51,557 nt of DNA from a virus: the IMG/VR virus record IMGVR_UViG_3300028887_000011, positions 1 through 51,557 of that record; one strand, given 5' to 3'. Of the stretch, positions 42,880-51,329 are shown one piece after another. The notes under the pieces were generated by a model. The model saw only the letters and a program-made list of their open reading frames with translations, was not told the origin of the DNA and ran no database searches. Each line of letters opens with the position of its first letter. The stretch's first letter is position 1. Position numbers and translations under genes: made by a program.

Positions 42880-43431
42880 ATGGTTATAATAGTTGAAGGC
42901 ATTGACCGTATAGGAAAAACAACTTTATGCAATGCTTTATCAAAAAAGCTCGGTTTTCCAATTTACAAAGAACTTGGTGTCGAAAAGAAATCAAGAGAGG
43001 GAAATGTAAGGTCGCAAATGGCTCTTATAGGCCTGTGTCAGAAAACAGATTGCAATGTAATATTTGACAGAATGTTTACATCAGAGTGTGTCTATGGAAT
43101 GATTGACAGAGGGTACCCAATAAAATATGCAATTAATGATTTTAATTGTGCTCTTGCTGAGGCGGCTAAAATACCACATCTGGTATATGTTGGAATGAAG
43201 TCAACTGACATAAAAAAATCATCGGCAGAACATGGAAAAGAATTATCAAAACATGAGTGCATGTTTGATACAATGCAAAATTTTGTAAAGGAAAAAATTG
43301 ACAAGGTTTTTCTTGAATGCACTTATTTTGATATTGATAATCTTGTTGAAAAAATTTATGCTTATTATCTTGATTGTAAGGAGGAAATAGAGCATGCAAA
43401 GTGTACAGGTACAATTGACAACGAAGTGTAA
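42880..43431 (+). CDS. Thymidylate-kinase-fold dNMP kinase
   Basis: P-loop IVEGIDRIGKTT (compare EGxDGxGKTT) and FDRMFTSECVYG (DRY/F motif). ATG 42880 follows GGAGGG. Confidence 0.6.
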   Translation: MVIIVEGIDRIGKTTLCNALSKKLGFPIYKELGVEKKSREGNVRSQMALIGLCQKTDCNVIFDRMFTSECVYGMIDRGYPIKYAINDFNCALAEAAKIPHLVYVGMKSTDIKKSSAEHGKELSKHECMFDTMQNFVKEKIDKVFLECTYFDIDNLVEKIYAYYLDCKEEIEHAKCTGTIDNEV

Positions 43432-44260
43432 TGAAAGATGCTTTATGTGTAGGAAATACACATGGGAAAAGAAAGAAATTCCTTTTGAAGTTTTATTTGA
43501 AAAAATAAATAAGTACAAAGAAGCTAATTTCACATTTTCAGGCGGCGACCCACTTGAGTATTCAGAATTAAAAGCCTTGACTGAATTGCTCGTAAAAAAT
43601 AATATACGTTATCAGGTGTTTACAAATATGAATTATAATTTGACACCTGCTATGGAAGAATTTTTGCAGAATGCAGAATGCATACAAGTAAGCTTAGATG
43701 GCTCAACAGAAGAAGTATATAATTATGTTCGCAGACCAATTGAAAATGGTTTGATGTATGTAATTCACAATATTGAAAGATTCAAGTTAAAGGTCAAGGC
43801 AAATTGCACAGTATCAAATAGAAATTATCTTGATGTTCCAAATATCTATAACTTGGCAAAGCAGCTTGATGTTCCTATCAGATTTTTCCCTGTGCATACG
43901 CATGATGATGCAATGATAACATCTGAAATGTATAAAAGACTGGAATATAAAGTTTTAGGAGAAGAACCTCCCGAGGAAATTCAGAAATTATGCAAATTAA
44001 TGTCAGAAGGCAGACCGGAGTTCAGCAGTTGCTGGGTAAAGAGAGAGCACAGGGTGATAGATGAAAGTGGAAAAGAATATCCTTGTTGCAGAGCAATAAA
44101 TGATAATGGGGAAGATTGGGACGGAAAATATTCAATAGATAATTTGGAAGGTATAGAAAATGAAAATATTTTATATCCTTTCTGCAAAGGTTGCGATAGA
44201 TACATTAAGTTCAATACAAACAAAGAAAAGTATAAAAGAAAGGTTGGTCAATATTTATGA
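43394..44260 (+). CDS. Radical SAM enzyme with a Cys-rich (SPASM/twitch-like) C-terminal region
   Basis: CNERCFMC (CxxxCxxC, nt 43427-43450), FSGGDPLE and QVSLDGSTEEVYNYVRR. C-terminal cysteines are C...CC...CKGC. GGAGG upstream. Confidence 0.75.
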   Translation: MQSVQVQLTTKCNERCFMCRKYTWEKKEIPFEVLFEKINKYKEANFTFSGGDPLEYSELKALTELLVKNNIRYQVFTNMNYNLTPAMEEFLQNAECIQVSLDGSTEEVYNYVRRPIENGLMYVIHNIERFKLKVKANCTVSNRNYLDVPNIYNLAKQLDVPIRFFPVHTHDDAMITSEMYKRLEYKVLGEEPPEEIQKLCKLMSEGRPEFSSCWVKREHRVIDESGKEYPCCRAINDNGEDWDGKYSIDNLEGIENENILYPFCKGCDRYIKFNTNKEKYKRKVGQYL

Positions 44261-45405
44261 AAATTTTGTGGATACCGCAGATAAGCAGCAAGTCGATGGA
44301 CGGAAAAGTTTTATTGAATAAAGATAGCAATATGTCAGTTCTCAGAAACTTAATAGGAACCGATTTGACAGAAAAAAATAAAATAACCGTTGCATTTGAA
44401 TTTGCACCCGGAAACTGCCTCATAGATAAAGAGGTAAAAAATAATTTTGATTTGGTGTTCGATGAAACACATGAGTTTACAAATGCAATGCTTGAAAGAA
44501 TGCATTTTAATATCGATTATTTTATTGATATTAGAAAAATGAATTTTGACATTGTATTTACAAACGAACCGACAAAGGTTATTCCTTTAAGGAAGATTTT
44601 TACGAATATCCCAGTTGTCTGCTATAACCATTGGTTGGCATTCAAAAATATGCCAGAAATATCATTGAGGCAGGTAGAAGGAATGGCAGCAGCTGATTGT
44701 TGTTTCGTTAATTCAAACTATGTAGCCGAAATGGTAAATAATCATTATGTTGGTACATCAGATTTGAGTAGAATACATTTTGTTAAAGCTCAGCCGTCTT
44801 TTGCTGGCGATATTTATCCGGTTAATAAGGTAGATTCATCTGCAGCATTTATTTACAATCACAGGCTCAGTTCTGACCCCTACTATGCTGATGCTTATAA
44901 ATCTTTATGTCAAATATGCGACATATTAGAAAAGTACTTAGGAAAAGAAGGCAAGCCAATGCCAACAATATATTTTACAAATCCAAGCGGTAAGAGTTTC
45001 AAGTTTGATAAGGAATATTTTAAAGAGATACATTTGGAATCGCAAGAGGAATATAGAAAGTTTTTGAGGTCAAATAAAATCTGCGGTCATTTGAATACAT
45101 TTTTTAATTCAGCAGGAATGTGGTCAATGTCAACAGTTGATTGTGCTGCTGCTGGCAATCCTTGTATTGTTCCAAAAAAATATGGATATGCAGAAATATT
45201 TGAGGAAACATATTATGGATATGTCAAAAATGTGGAAGAGGCTGCTTTCAAAATATATGAATTAATTATGCACCCTGAAGTATGTGTAAAATATAAAAAT
45301 TCATTTATCGAGAATCACACAAATAAAGTGATAGGTAAATTGATGAATGATGAGCTTGAAAAGTGGGTAAATATATATAATATTCCAGTGTGTGGAGGAA
45401 AATAA
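44257..45405 (+). CDS. GT-B fold (GT4-like) glycosyltransferase
   Basis: DIVFTNEP, ADCCFVNSNYVAEMV, FIYNHRLS and GMWSMSTVDCAAAGNPCIVPKKYGYAEIFEE resemble the GT4 layout, but the EX7E glutamates are not conserved. ATGA overlap with the radical SAM gene. Confidence 0.5.
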   Translation: MKILWIPQISSKSMDGKVLLNKDSNMSVLRNLIGTDLTEKNKITVAFEFAPGNCLIDKEVKNNFDLVFDETHEFTNAMLERMHFNIDYFIDIRKMNFDIVFTNEPTKVIPLRKIFTNIPVVCYNHWLAFKNMPEISLRQVEGMAAADCCFVNSNYVAEMVNNHYVGTSDLSRIHFVKAQPSFAGDIYPVNKVDSSAAFIYNHRLSSDPYYADAYKSLCQICDILEKYLGKEGKPMPTIYFTNPSGKSFKFDKEYFKEIHLESQEEYRKFLRSNKICGHLNTFFNSAGMWSMSTVDCAAAGNPCIVPKKYGYAEIFEETYYGYVKNVEEAAFKIYELIMHPEVCVKYKNSFIENHTNKVIGKLMNDELEKWVNIYNIPVCGGK

Positions 45406-45406
45406 A

Positions 45407-46078
45407 ATGTATATCAATATGGTATGTGAATGTGATACTGCTACACAAGCTTTCGATTGGTGGTACGATAAACTTGTTCGTATGAGTGATTCACAAGAAT
45501 CAAGAGACGGAGAAGTGCACGGCGAAATTATAAATGCAATAACAGTTATCTCAGACCCAACAAGAAATATCTGCAAGTCAGATATACGCAAGTTGTCTAT
45601 GAGATATGCAATGGGAGAATTTCTTTGGTACTTGTCTGGCAACAATAATCTTTCAGAAATTCAGAAATACACAAACAACTGGGACAGAATGTCAGATGAT
45701 GGTAAAACAGTAAACTCAAATTATGGTTATTGTATTCAGCATAAATATGGCTTTAATCAGTTAGATTATATTTATAATTTGCTGAAAGAAAAGCCAGAGA
45801 CGAGGCAGGCTGTTATCCATATAAAAGCACCTGATAATTCAGAAAGCAAAGATGTAAATTGCACGGTTTGTTTACAATTTTTCATTCGAGAAAATAAGTT
45901 GTATATGACAACCTACATGAGGTCAAATGATATATGGCTTGGTTTTCCATATGATGTTTTTCAATTCTGCAATTTGCAGATATTACTGAGTATGAAACTC
46001 GGCATAGAGCTTGGCTCATATACACATATTGCAGGTTCATTGCATTTGTATGAAAGAGATGTGAAAAAAGATGTTTGA
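45407..46078 (+). CDS. Thymidylate-synthase-fold pyrimidine hydroxymethylase, T4 gp42 (dCMP hydroxymethylase)-like
   Basis: EFLWYLSG, VNSNYGY, PETRQAVIH, NCT (Cys152, nt 45860-45862), MRSNDIWLGFPYDV (Asp183, nt 45953-45955) and GSLHLYERD. Closely parallels the gp42 segments INSNYGW, MRSNDVVFGFRNDY and GSLHVYSRH. Confidence 0.75.
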   Translation: MYINMVCECDTATQAFDWWYDKLVRMSDSQESRDGEVHGEIINAITVISDPTRNICKSDIRKLSMRYAMGEFLWYLSGNNNLSEIQKYTNNWDRMSDDGKTVNSNYGYCIQHKYGFNQLDYIYNLLKEKPETRQAVIHIKAPDNSESKDVNCTVCLQFFIRENKLYMTTYMRSNDIWLGFPYDVFQFCNLQILLSMKLGIELGSYTHIAGSLHLYERDVKKDV

Positions 46079-48806
46079 TTTGCATAGGCATGATAATTTT
46101 TCAATATTCGATGGGTTTGGAAATCCAAAAGAACTAGCTGCTTTAGCAAAAGAAATAGGATATACTGCCTTAGGTATAACCAATCATGGAAATACAAATG
46201 GATTGGTTCAGCATTATTTCGCATGCAAAGAAGCAGGCATTAAGCCAGTGCTTGGAGTAGAGGGCTACTTTCTCCCTAAATATAAATCTCAGACGAGGGG
46301 CTACCATTTGATTTTGGTGGCAAAGAATGCAACTGGCTATAAGAACATGAACACCATACAATTCTTAGGAGAAAAGCAAAAGTATTATAACCCAATATGG
46401 GATTTTTCAATGCTGGAAAAATATCACGAAGGATTGATTTGTTCGTCTGCTTGTGTGGCTGGATTTTTAGCTCAGTGCATTATAAAAAATGAGTATGAAA
46501 AAGCAGAAAAGTTTTTGAGAAAAATGCAGGATATTTTTGAAGATGATTTTTATGTAGAGATTCAGCCATACAAAATATCCGATGAAGGTGTGCAAGAGCA
46601 TATCAATGTAGAATCAATAAAGTTAGCAAAGAAGCTTGGTATAAAATGTATTTTGACTTCTGACTCGCATAGAGGTAGAAAAGAGGATTTTGATTCGTAT
46701 TTGAAAATGCATGAAATTTCAAAGCATGATGAAGCATGGGTAAGGGGAACATATGAGGAAAGATATATGCCTGCTCCAACAGAAATGCAAAAGAGATTTG
46801 TAAAAATGCATATAAAAGATTTTGGAAAAGAAAAGGCTATTAAGCTGGCAAAAGAAATGGCTAAGAATGTAGCAGAGATAGAAGAAAAAGTTGAGCCCGA
46901 TATAATGGAACAACTCGAGTTGGTGATGCCAAAGATTGAGGATTCAGATTCGGTACAAAATCTGAAAAATGAAGTTATCAAAGGTTTGAAAGAAAAAGGC
47001 CTGTATAAAAAAGAGTATATTGAAAGATGCAAAGAAGAATTAAAGGTAATCATAAGTCATGGTTTTGCTGACTACTTTTTGGTTGTGCAAGATTATGTAA
47101 GATGGGCAAAACAAAGAGGAATTATAGTTGGACCAGGAAGAGGTTCTGTTTGTAATTCAGAAGTTGCTTATGCTTTAGGAATTACAGAAGTGGATTCAAT
47201 TATGTTTGGCTTGGACTTCAGACGTTTTCTTCGTATGGATAAAAAGAAAATACCTGATATTGACTTGGATTTTGAAACATCACGAAGAAAAGAAGTTATT
47301 GATTATCTAATAAAAAAGTATGAAGGTCATGCGGCAAGAATATGTGCTTACGGTTTATATCGAGTTGACAATACAATAAATGATTTGGCTTCTGTTTGTG
47401 GTTTAAGATTTTCCGGAACAGATTTGGACGAATCAGAAAAGAAGCGAAATAAATCAATTGTTGCAGATATAAAAGCATTTGCTAAACAATATGTTGAAGG
47501 CGAGGAACTTGATAAAGATGGCTTAATGTCAGATGATAGATACAAGATGTATAATGCAGAATATGATAACATAATGAAGCACTTTACAAAATTGTATAAA
47601 AAGGTTAGATACATCGGAACTCATGCTGCAGGTGTTGCTATTACAGGTGGAGATTTATCGCAATATACAGCAGTAAGAATCGATAAAGATGGAAACTATT
47701 TCACAAATTATGATTTGATAGACATTGAAAAAGTCAATGTAATTAAGTTCGATATTCTCGGCCTGCAAACAATGGAAAGTATAGGAGATTTAAGAAAGTC
47801 GACAGGTGTCACAGTTGATTATTCAGAAGTTGTAAATGATGAAAAGATTTTGAAAGCATTCAGAGAAGGAACATGCGATGGTATATTCCAGTTCGATTCT
47901 GTAACACCAAGGGGGATTCTAAAAAAGATTGAATGCGATTGTTTTGAAGATGCGGTTGCTGCTTCATCTATGAATCGTCCAGGACCATTGCAATTAAAAA
48001 TGCCAGATATGTATGCCGAGAATAAAACTAATGTTGAAGATGCAAGGGCAAGTAAATATTGGGAATATACTCAGGACACTTATGGCACAATTGTTTACCA
48101 AGAACAGATTATGCTAATTTGTGTAAATATAGGTGAAATGGAATGGGCAACTGCTGATAAAATTATCAAGATGATGAAGTCAACTTCTCAGAAGGCAGAA
48201 GAGGCTGCAGAGCAAAAAAGACTTGGTCAAAATTTATTGGAGGAGTTTTGGACAGGTGCTAAAAAGAAAGGATTTACAAAAGAAGAAGCCGAAGATTTAT
48301 TTGTAAAAATGACAGATTCATATTCATTCAACAAAGGACATGGTGTAGGCTATACATTAATATCATTCGAGGAAATGTTTTATAAAGTTTATTATCCGAC
48401 TGAATATTGGTTTTCCAAAATTAAGTATGCAAAAGATGATAAGCAATATAGAATATTTTGCGAAAAAGCTGTAAAAGATGGTTCAATAGTTTTCTTGCCA
48501 CATGTCAATTATTCTTCGGAAAGAACAAGGCTCAGAAAGATTGAAGGGGAAAATGCAATCCAGCAAGGTTTATCAGATATATTGGGTGTAGGAGAAAAGG
48601 CAGCTCAATATATTTTTGAAGAAAGAAAAAAGAACGGTGTATTTATTTCGTACGATGATTTTTATGACAGGTGCAAATCAAGAGTGGTGACATCAAGGGT
48701 AATAAATATATTGTTAGAATCAGGTGCACTTGAGTTCAATAAAAAGACATATATTAGCAGAATAAAAAAATATAATTCTGCATTATATGCACAAGCAAAT
48801 AGATGA
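46071..48806 (+). CDS. dnaE: DNA polymerase III alpha-type replicative polymerase (PHP plus Pol IIIa core), compact 911 aa
   Basis: FDLHRHDNFSIFDG (PHP), GPGRGSVCNSEVAYALGIT, DIDLDFE, KFDILGLQT, GIFQFDS, MNRPGP, YQEQIM and FNKGHGVGY. Confidence 0.9.
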   Translation: MFDLHRHDNFSIFDGFGNPKELAALAKEIGYTALGITNHGNTNGLVQHYFACKEAGIKPVLGVEGYFLPKYKSQTRGYHLILVAKNATGYKNMNTIQFLGEKQKYYNPIWDFSMLEKYHEGLICSSACVAGFLAQCIIKNEYEKAEKFLRKMQDIFEDDFYVEIQPYKISDEGVQEHINVESIKLAKKLGIKCILTSDSHRGRKEDFDSYLKMHEISKHDEAWVRGTYEERYMPAPTEMQKRFVKMHIKDFGKEKAIKLAKEMAKNVAEIEEKVEPDIMEQLELVMPKIEDSDSVQNLKNEVIKGLKEKGLYKKEYIERCKEELKVIISHGFADYFLVVQDYVRWAKQRGIIVGPGRGSVCNSEVAYALGITEVDSIMFGLDFRRFLRMDKKKIPDIDLDFETSRRKEVIDYLIKKYEGHAARICAYGLYRVDNTINDLASVCGLRFSGTDLDESEKKRNKSIVADIKAFAKQYVEGEELDKDGLMSDDRYKMYNAEYDNIMKHFTKLYKKVRYIGTHAAGVAITGGDLSQYTAVRIDKDGNYFTNYDLIDIEKVNVIKFDILGLQTMESIGDLRKSTGVTVDYSEVVNDEKILKAFREGTCDGIFQFDSVTPRGILKKIECDCFEDAVAASSMNRPGPLQLKMPDMYAENKTNVEDARASKYWEYTQDTYGTIVYQEQIMLICVNIGEMEWATADKIIKMMKSTSQKAEEAAEQKRLGQNLLEEFWTGAKKKGFTKEEAEDLFVKMTDSYSFNKGHGVGYTLISFEEMFYKVYYPTEYWFSKIKYAKDDKQYRIFCEKAVKDGSIVFLPHVNYSSERTRLRKIEGENAIQQGLSDILGVGEKAAQYIFEERKKNGVFISYDDFYDRCKSRVVTSRVINILLESGALEFNKKTYISRIKKYNSALYAQANR

Positions 48807-48825
48807 AATAATATGCTTTTATTAA

Positions 48826-48854
48826 TTGACATTTTTCAGAAAATGTGATATAAT
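48826..48854 (+). promoter_or_regulatory. Consensus promoter P8 with extended -10
   Basis: TTGACA 48826-48831, TG 48846-48847, TATAAT 48849-48854. Confidence 0.8.
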
Positions 48855-48883
48855 GATAATGTCAGAATTGATTCAAAATGAAA

Positions 48884-48917
48884 TAGATACTGGACGTTAG
48901 TTCGTCCAGTTTATCTA
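48884..48917 (+). other. 5' leader stem-loop upstream of recA
   Basis: TAGAT-ACTGGACG-ttagtt-CGTCCAGT-tt-ATCTA gives 13 bp with a 2-nt bulge. It lies between the -10 element and the SD. Confidence 0.6.
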
Positions 48918-48937
48918 AGTAATTTAAGGAGGAAAAT

Positions 48938-49885
48938 ATGGCGAAAACCAATAAAGCAGAAATAATAAAACTCTGCAACGAGATTAACAAAAAAGAGGGT
49001 GAAGGTTCCATTTATTCGATTGGTAGTAAACATGCAAATCTGAAAATAAACAGATGGTCAACAGGCATTGAAGATTTAGATGCTATCATCGGAGGAGGTA
49101 TGCCAGAAGGCAGAGTGGTAGAAATATTTGGTCCCGAATCATCGGGAAAAACAACACTGTTATATCATTTGTGTGGATTGCATAGTATGTGTTTAGATAT
49201 ACCAATTGAAGGCACGTTTGATGCAGACAGAGCAAGGATATTTGGTAATAGGCCAAAACAAATGTTAATCTATCGTGCAAAGTACGGCGAAGATGCATTT
49301 AATAAAACAATAAAGTTTGCCAAGGCTGGCATTCCACTTATTGGAATTGATTCAGTACCAAGTATGGTTCCAAAAGATGATGCGGAAAAAGTTTTGAAAT
49401 CGGCAGAGAGAGATTCAATTGAGGAACAAAGAATCGGTGGTACGGCCAGATTGATGAACAAGTATTTGCCGACGGTTGAGGAAATAATCGAGATAACTGG
49501 TACAACATTGATTTTTATAAATCAGGTTCGTGATAAGATGAATGCAATGTTGTTTGGAGAAAAGACAGATACTCCTGGAGGTAGAAAGCTCAAGCATGCA
49601 TGTTCTTTGAGAATACAGGTTGCAAGAAAAGCATGGATTGAAATACCAAATAAAAATCCTCATAATTCTGCAACAACAGAAAAAATCGGTTTGATAATGA
49701 AATGCAAAGTTGTGAAATCAAAAATAAGCAATCCACAAGGAGAATGTGAAATACCTTTAATTTTTGAAAGGGGATTTGTAAGCTTTGATGATGTTCCTAC
49801 AATTCGCAAAGAGATTATGAAACAGAGAGCTGAAAAGTATGGTAAAAGAGTTCCAAAAGAATTTTATGAGGAGGACGACGAGTGA
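48938..49885 (+). CDS. recA: RecA-family recombinase
   Basis: STGIEDLDAIIGGGMPEGRVVEIFGPESSGKTT, IGIDSV and LIFINQVRDKM...TPGGRKLKHACSLRI are collinear with E. coli RecA. Confidence 0.85.
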   Translation: MAKTNKAEIIKLCNEINKKEGEGSIYSIGSKHANLKINRWSTGIEDLDAIIGGGMPEGRVVEIFGPESSGKTTLLYHLCGLHSMCLDIPIEGTFDADRARIFGNRPKQMLIYRAKYGEDAFNKTIKFAKAGIPLIGIDSVPSMVPKDDAEKVLKSAERDSIEEQRIGGTARLMNKYLPTVEEIIEITGTTLIFINQVRDKMNAMLFGEKTDTPGGRKLKHACSLRIQVARKAWIEIPNKNPHNSATTEKIGLIMKCKVVKSKISNPQGECEIPLIFERGFVSFDDVPTIRKEIMKQRAEKYGKRVPKEFYEEDDE

Positions 49886-50073
49886 TGGAAAAGTGTAAGA
49901 ATTGCAAATGCTTTGATAACAAAAGACCTGTATCGACATCGACAAGAAATGATGCATATAAAAATGCAGAAAAGTACATTGGATATTGTAAAAATACAAA
50001 TAGGCCAACAATGATGAATGATGGCTGCTTATATTTTGAACCGAAGGAGAAAAGCAATGAGCAGATTAAGTAA
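49885..50073 (+). CDS. Small Cys-rich protein (CKNCKC...C...C)
   Basis: ATG 49885 overlaps the recA stop (TGATG). GAGGAGGA lies 9 nt upstream. Confidence 0.45.
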   Translation: MEKCKNCKCFDNKRPVSTSTRNDAYKNAEKYIGYCKNTNRPTMMNDGCLYFEPKEKSNEQIK

Positions 50074-50494
50074 AGATGAATATTATTTGCAGATTGCAAA
50101 TGCTGTTTCTGAAAGAAGTACTTGCTTAAAAAGAAAGTATGGTTGTGTAATTGTCAAGAATGATGAAATTATTGCAACAGGTTATAATGGAAATCCAAGG
50201 GGAGAAAAAAATTGTTGTGATGTAGGAAAATGTGGAAGAATGAATAAGCCACATAATTCTGGCGATTATTCAGATTGTCACAGTGTTCATGCAGAACAGA
50301 ATGCCATGTTATCAGCTGCAAGAAAAGATATGATTGGTTCGACAATGTATATTGCAGGTATTGAGCCAATTCCTTTTTCTGGATATACCCAAGAAATATA
50401 TCCTTGCGAACCATGCCCCATTTGTGAAAGAATGATACGAAATGCAGGTATAAAAAAAGTGGTAACAATAAGTGGGGTAAAAGATTATGAGTAA
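50057..50494 (+). CDS. dCMP deaminase (ComEB/Cd type)
   Basis: STCLKRKYGCVIV, GYNG, HAEQNA and PCPICERMIRNAGI. ATG 50057 follows GAAGGAG. Confidence 0.85.
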   Translation: MSRLSKDEYYLQIANAVSERSTCLKRKYGCVIVKNDEIIATGYNGNPRGEKNCCDVGKCGRMNKPHNSGDYSDCHSVHAEQNAMLSAARKDMIGSTMYIAGIEPIPFSGYTQEIYPCEPCPICERMIRNAGIKKVVTISGVKDYE

Positions 50495-51317
50495 TGGCTT
50501 GATAGGAGAAATCAAAAAGGCAGCAAAGAAGAACGGCACAAAAATACAAACATCAGAATCTGCTCAGCTTGAAAAAATCCTTAATGCTACTTTTTATCTT
50601 GAAAGAAATATTGAGGAAGAAACAAGGTTTATAAAACAGGTAATGACAAGAGGAGCAGAGACTCAGGAAAGAGTAGGACTTCATGCATCGGCATTAATTG
50701 CTGGTGAAAAAGACTTTTGTATCAGACAACAAGTATTAAGTTTAATTTACAAACAGCTTCAGGGTGAACAGATTGAAGTAGGTTTAAAAAGAATATTTGA
50801 GCAAGGTAATGCTATCCATGAAAAGTGGCAGAGATTATTTATTCGTGCTGGATATTCTACGGCAGACGACCTTGATGTTACTCAGTTCAATGAAGAATAT
50901 AAAATCAGTTTTACTCCTGACATTATTTGTTCGATACCTGAATTTTACAAAGGAAAAATGATAGGTGAAATCAAATCTGTAAATACATTTCAATTTCAGA
51001 AAATGACAAAGCATCCATCAGCTTATAAGCAATGCCAATGGTATATGTTTTTGACTGGTATTAAAAAGGGCTTTGTTCTTTCAGAAGATAAAAACACACA
51101 AGACTTCAAAATTGAAGTATATGACTTTGATTCAGAATTAATTGCTCCATTTCAAGATAGGGCAGAACAGATAATGTATTATTACAACAGAGTTCTAAAC
51201 GAACATAAAATGGTTAGCAGACCAAATGATTGCAAATCAGCAGATTACAAAAGATGTTCACGATGTGCTATGAGAGAGGCATGTTGGAATATCGGAAAAG
51301 GAAAAATTAAAATATAA
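50487..51317 (+). CDS. Cas4/RecB-like PD-(D/E)xK exonuclease with a four-Cys cluster
   Basis: One N-terminal Cys (DFCIRQ), then PDIICS...GEIKSV (D...ExK), then C-terminal CSRCAMREAC. Confidence 0.55.
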   Translation: MSNGLIGEIKKAAKKNGTKIQTSESAQLEKILNATFYLERNIEEETRFIKQVMTRGAETQERVGLHASALIAGEKDFCIRQQVLSLIYKQLQGEQIEVGLKRIFEQGNAIHEKWQRLFIRAGYSTADDLDVTQFNEEYKISFTPDIICSIPEFYKGKMIGEIKSVNTFQFQKMTKHPSAYKQCQWYMFLTGIKKGFVLSEDKNTQDFKIEVYDFDSELIAPFQDRAEQIMYYYNRVLNEHKMVSRPNDCKSADYKRCSRCAMREACWNIGKGKIKI

Positions 51318-51329
51318 GTCAGAATCATT

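Noticed and set aside
43394-44260. Radical SAM enzyme as QueE (7-deazaguanine DNA modification)
   Set aside because: No QueC, QueD, FolE, QueF or DpdA/TGT-like genes are recognisable anywhere in the genome. The extra C-terminal Cys cluster is not a QueE feature.
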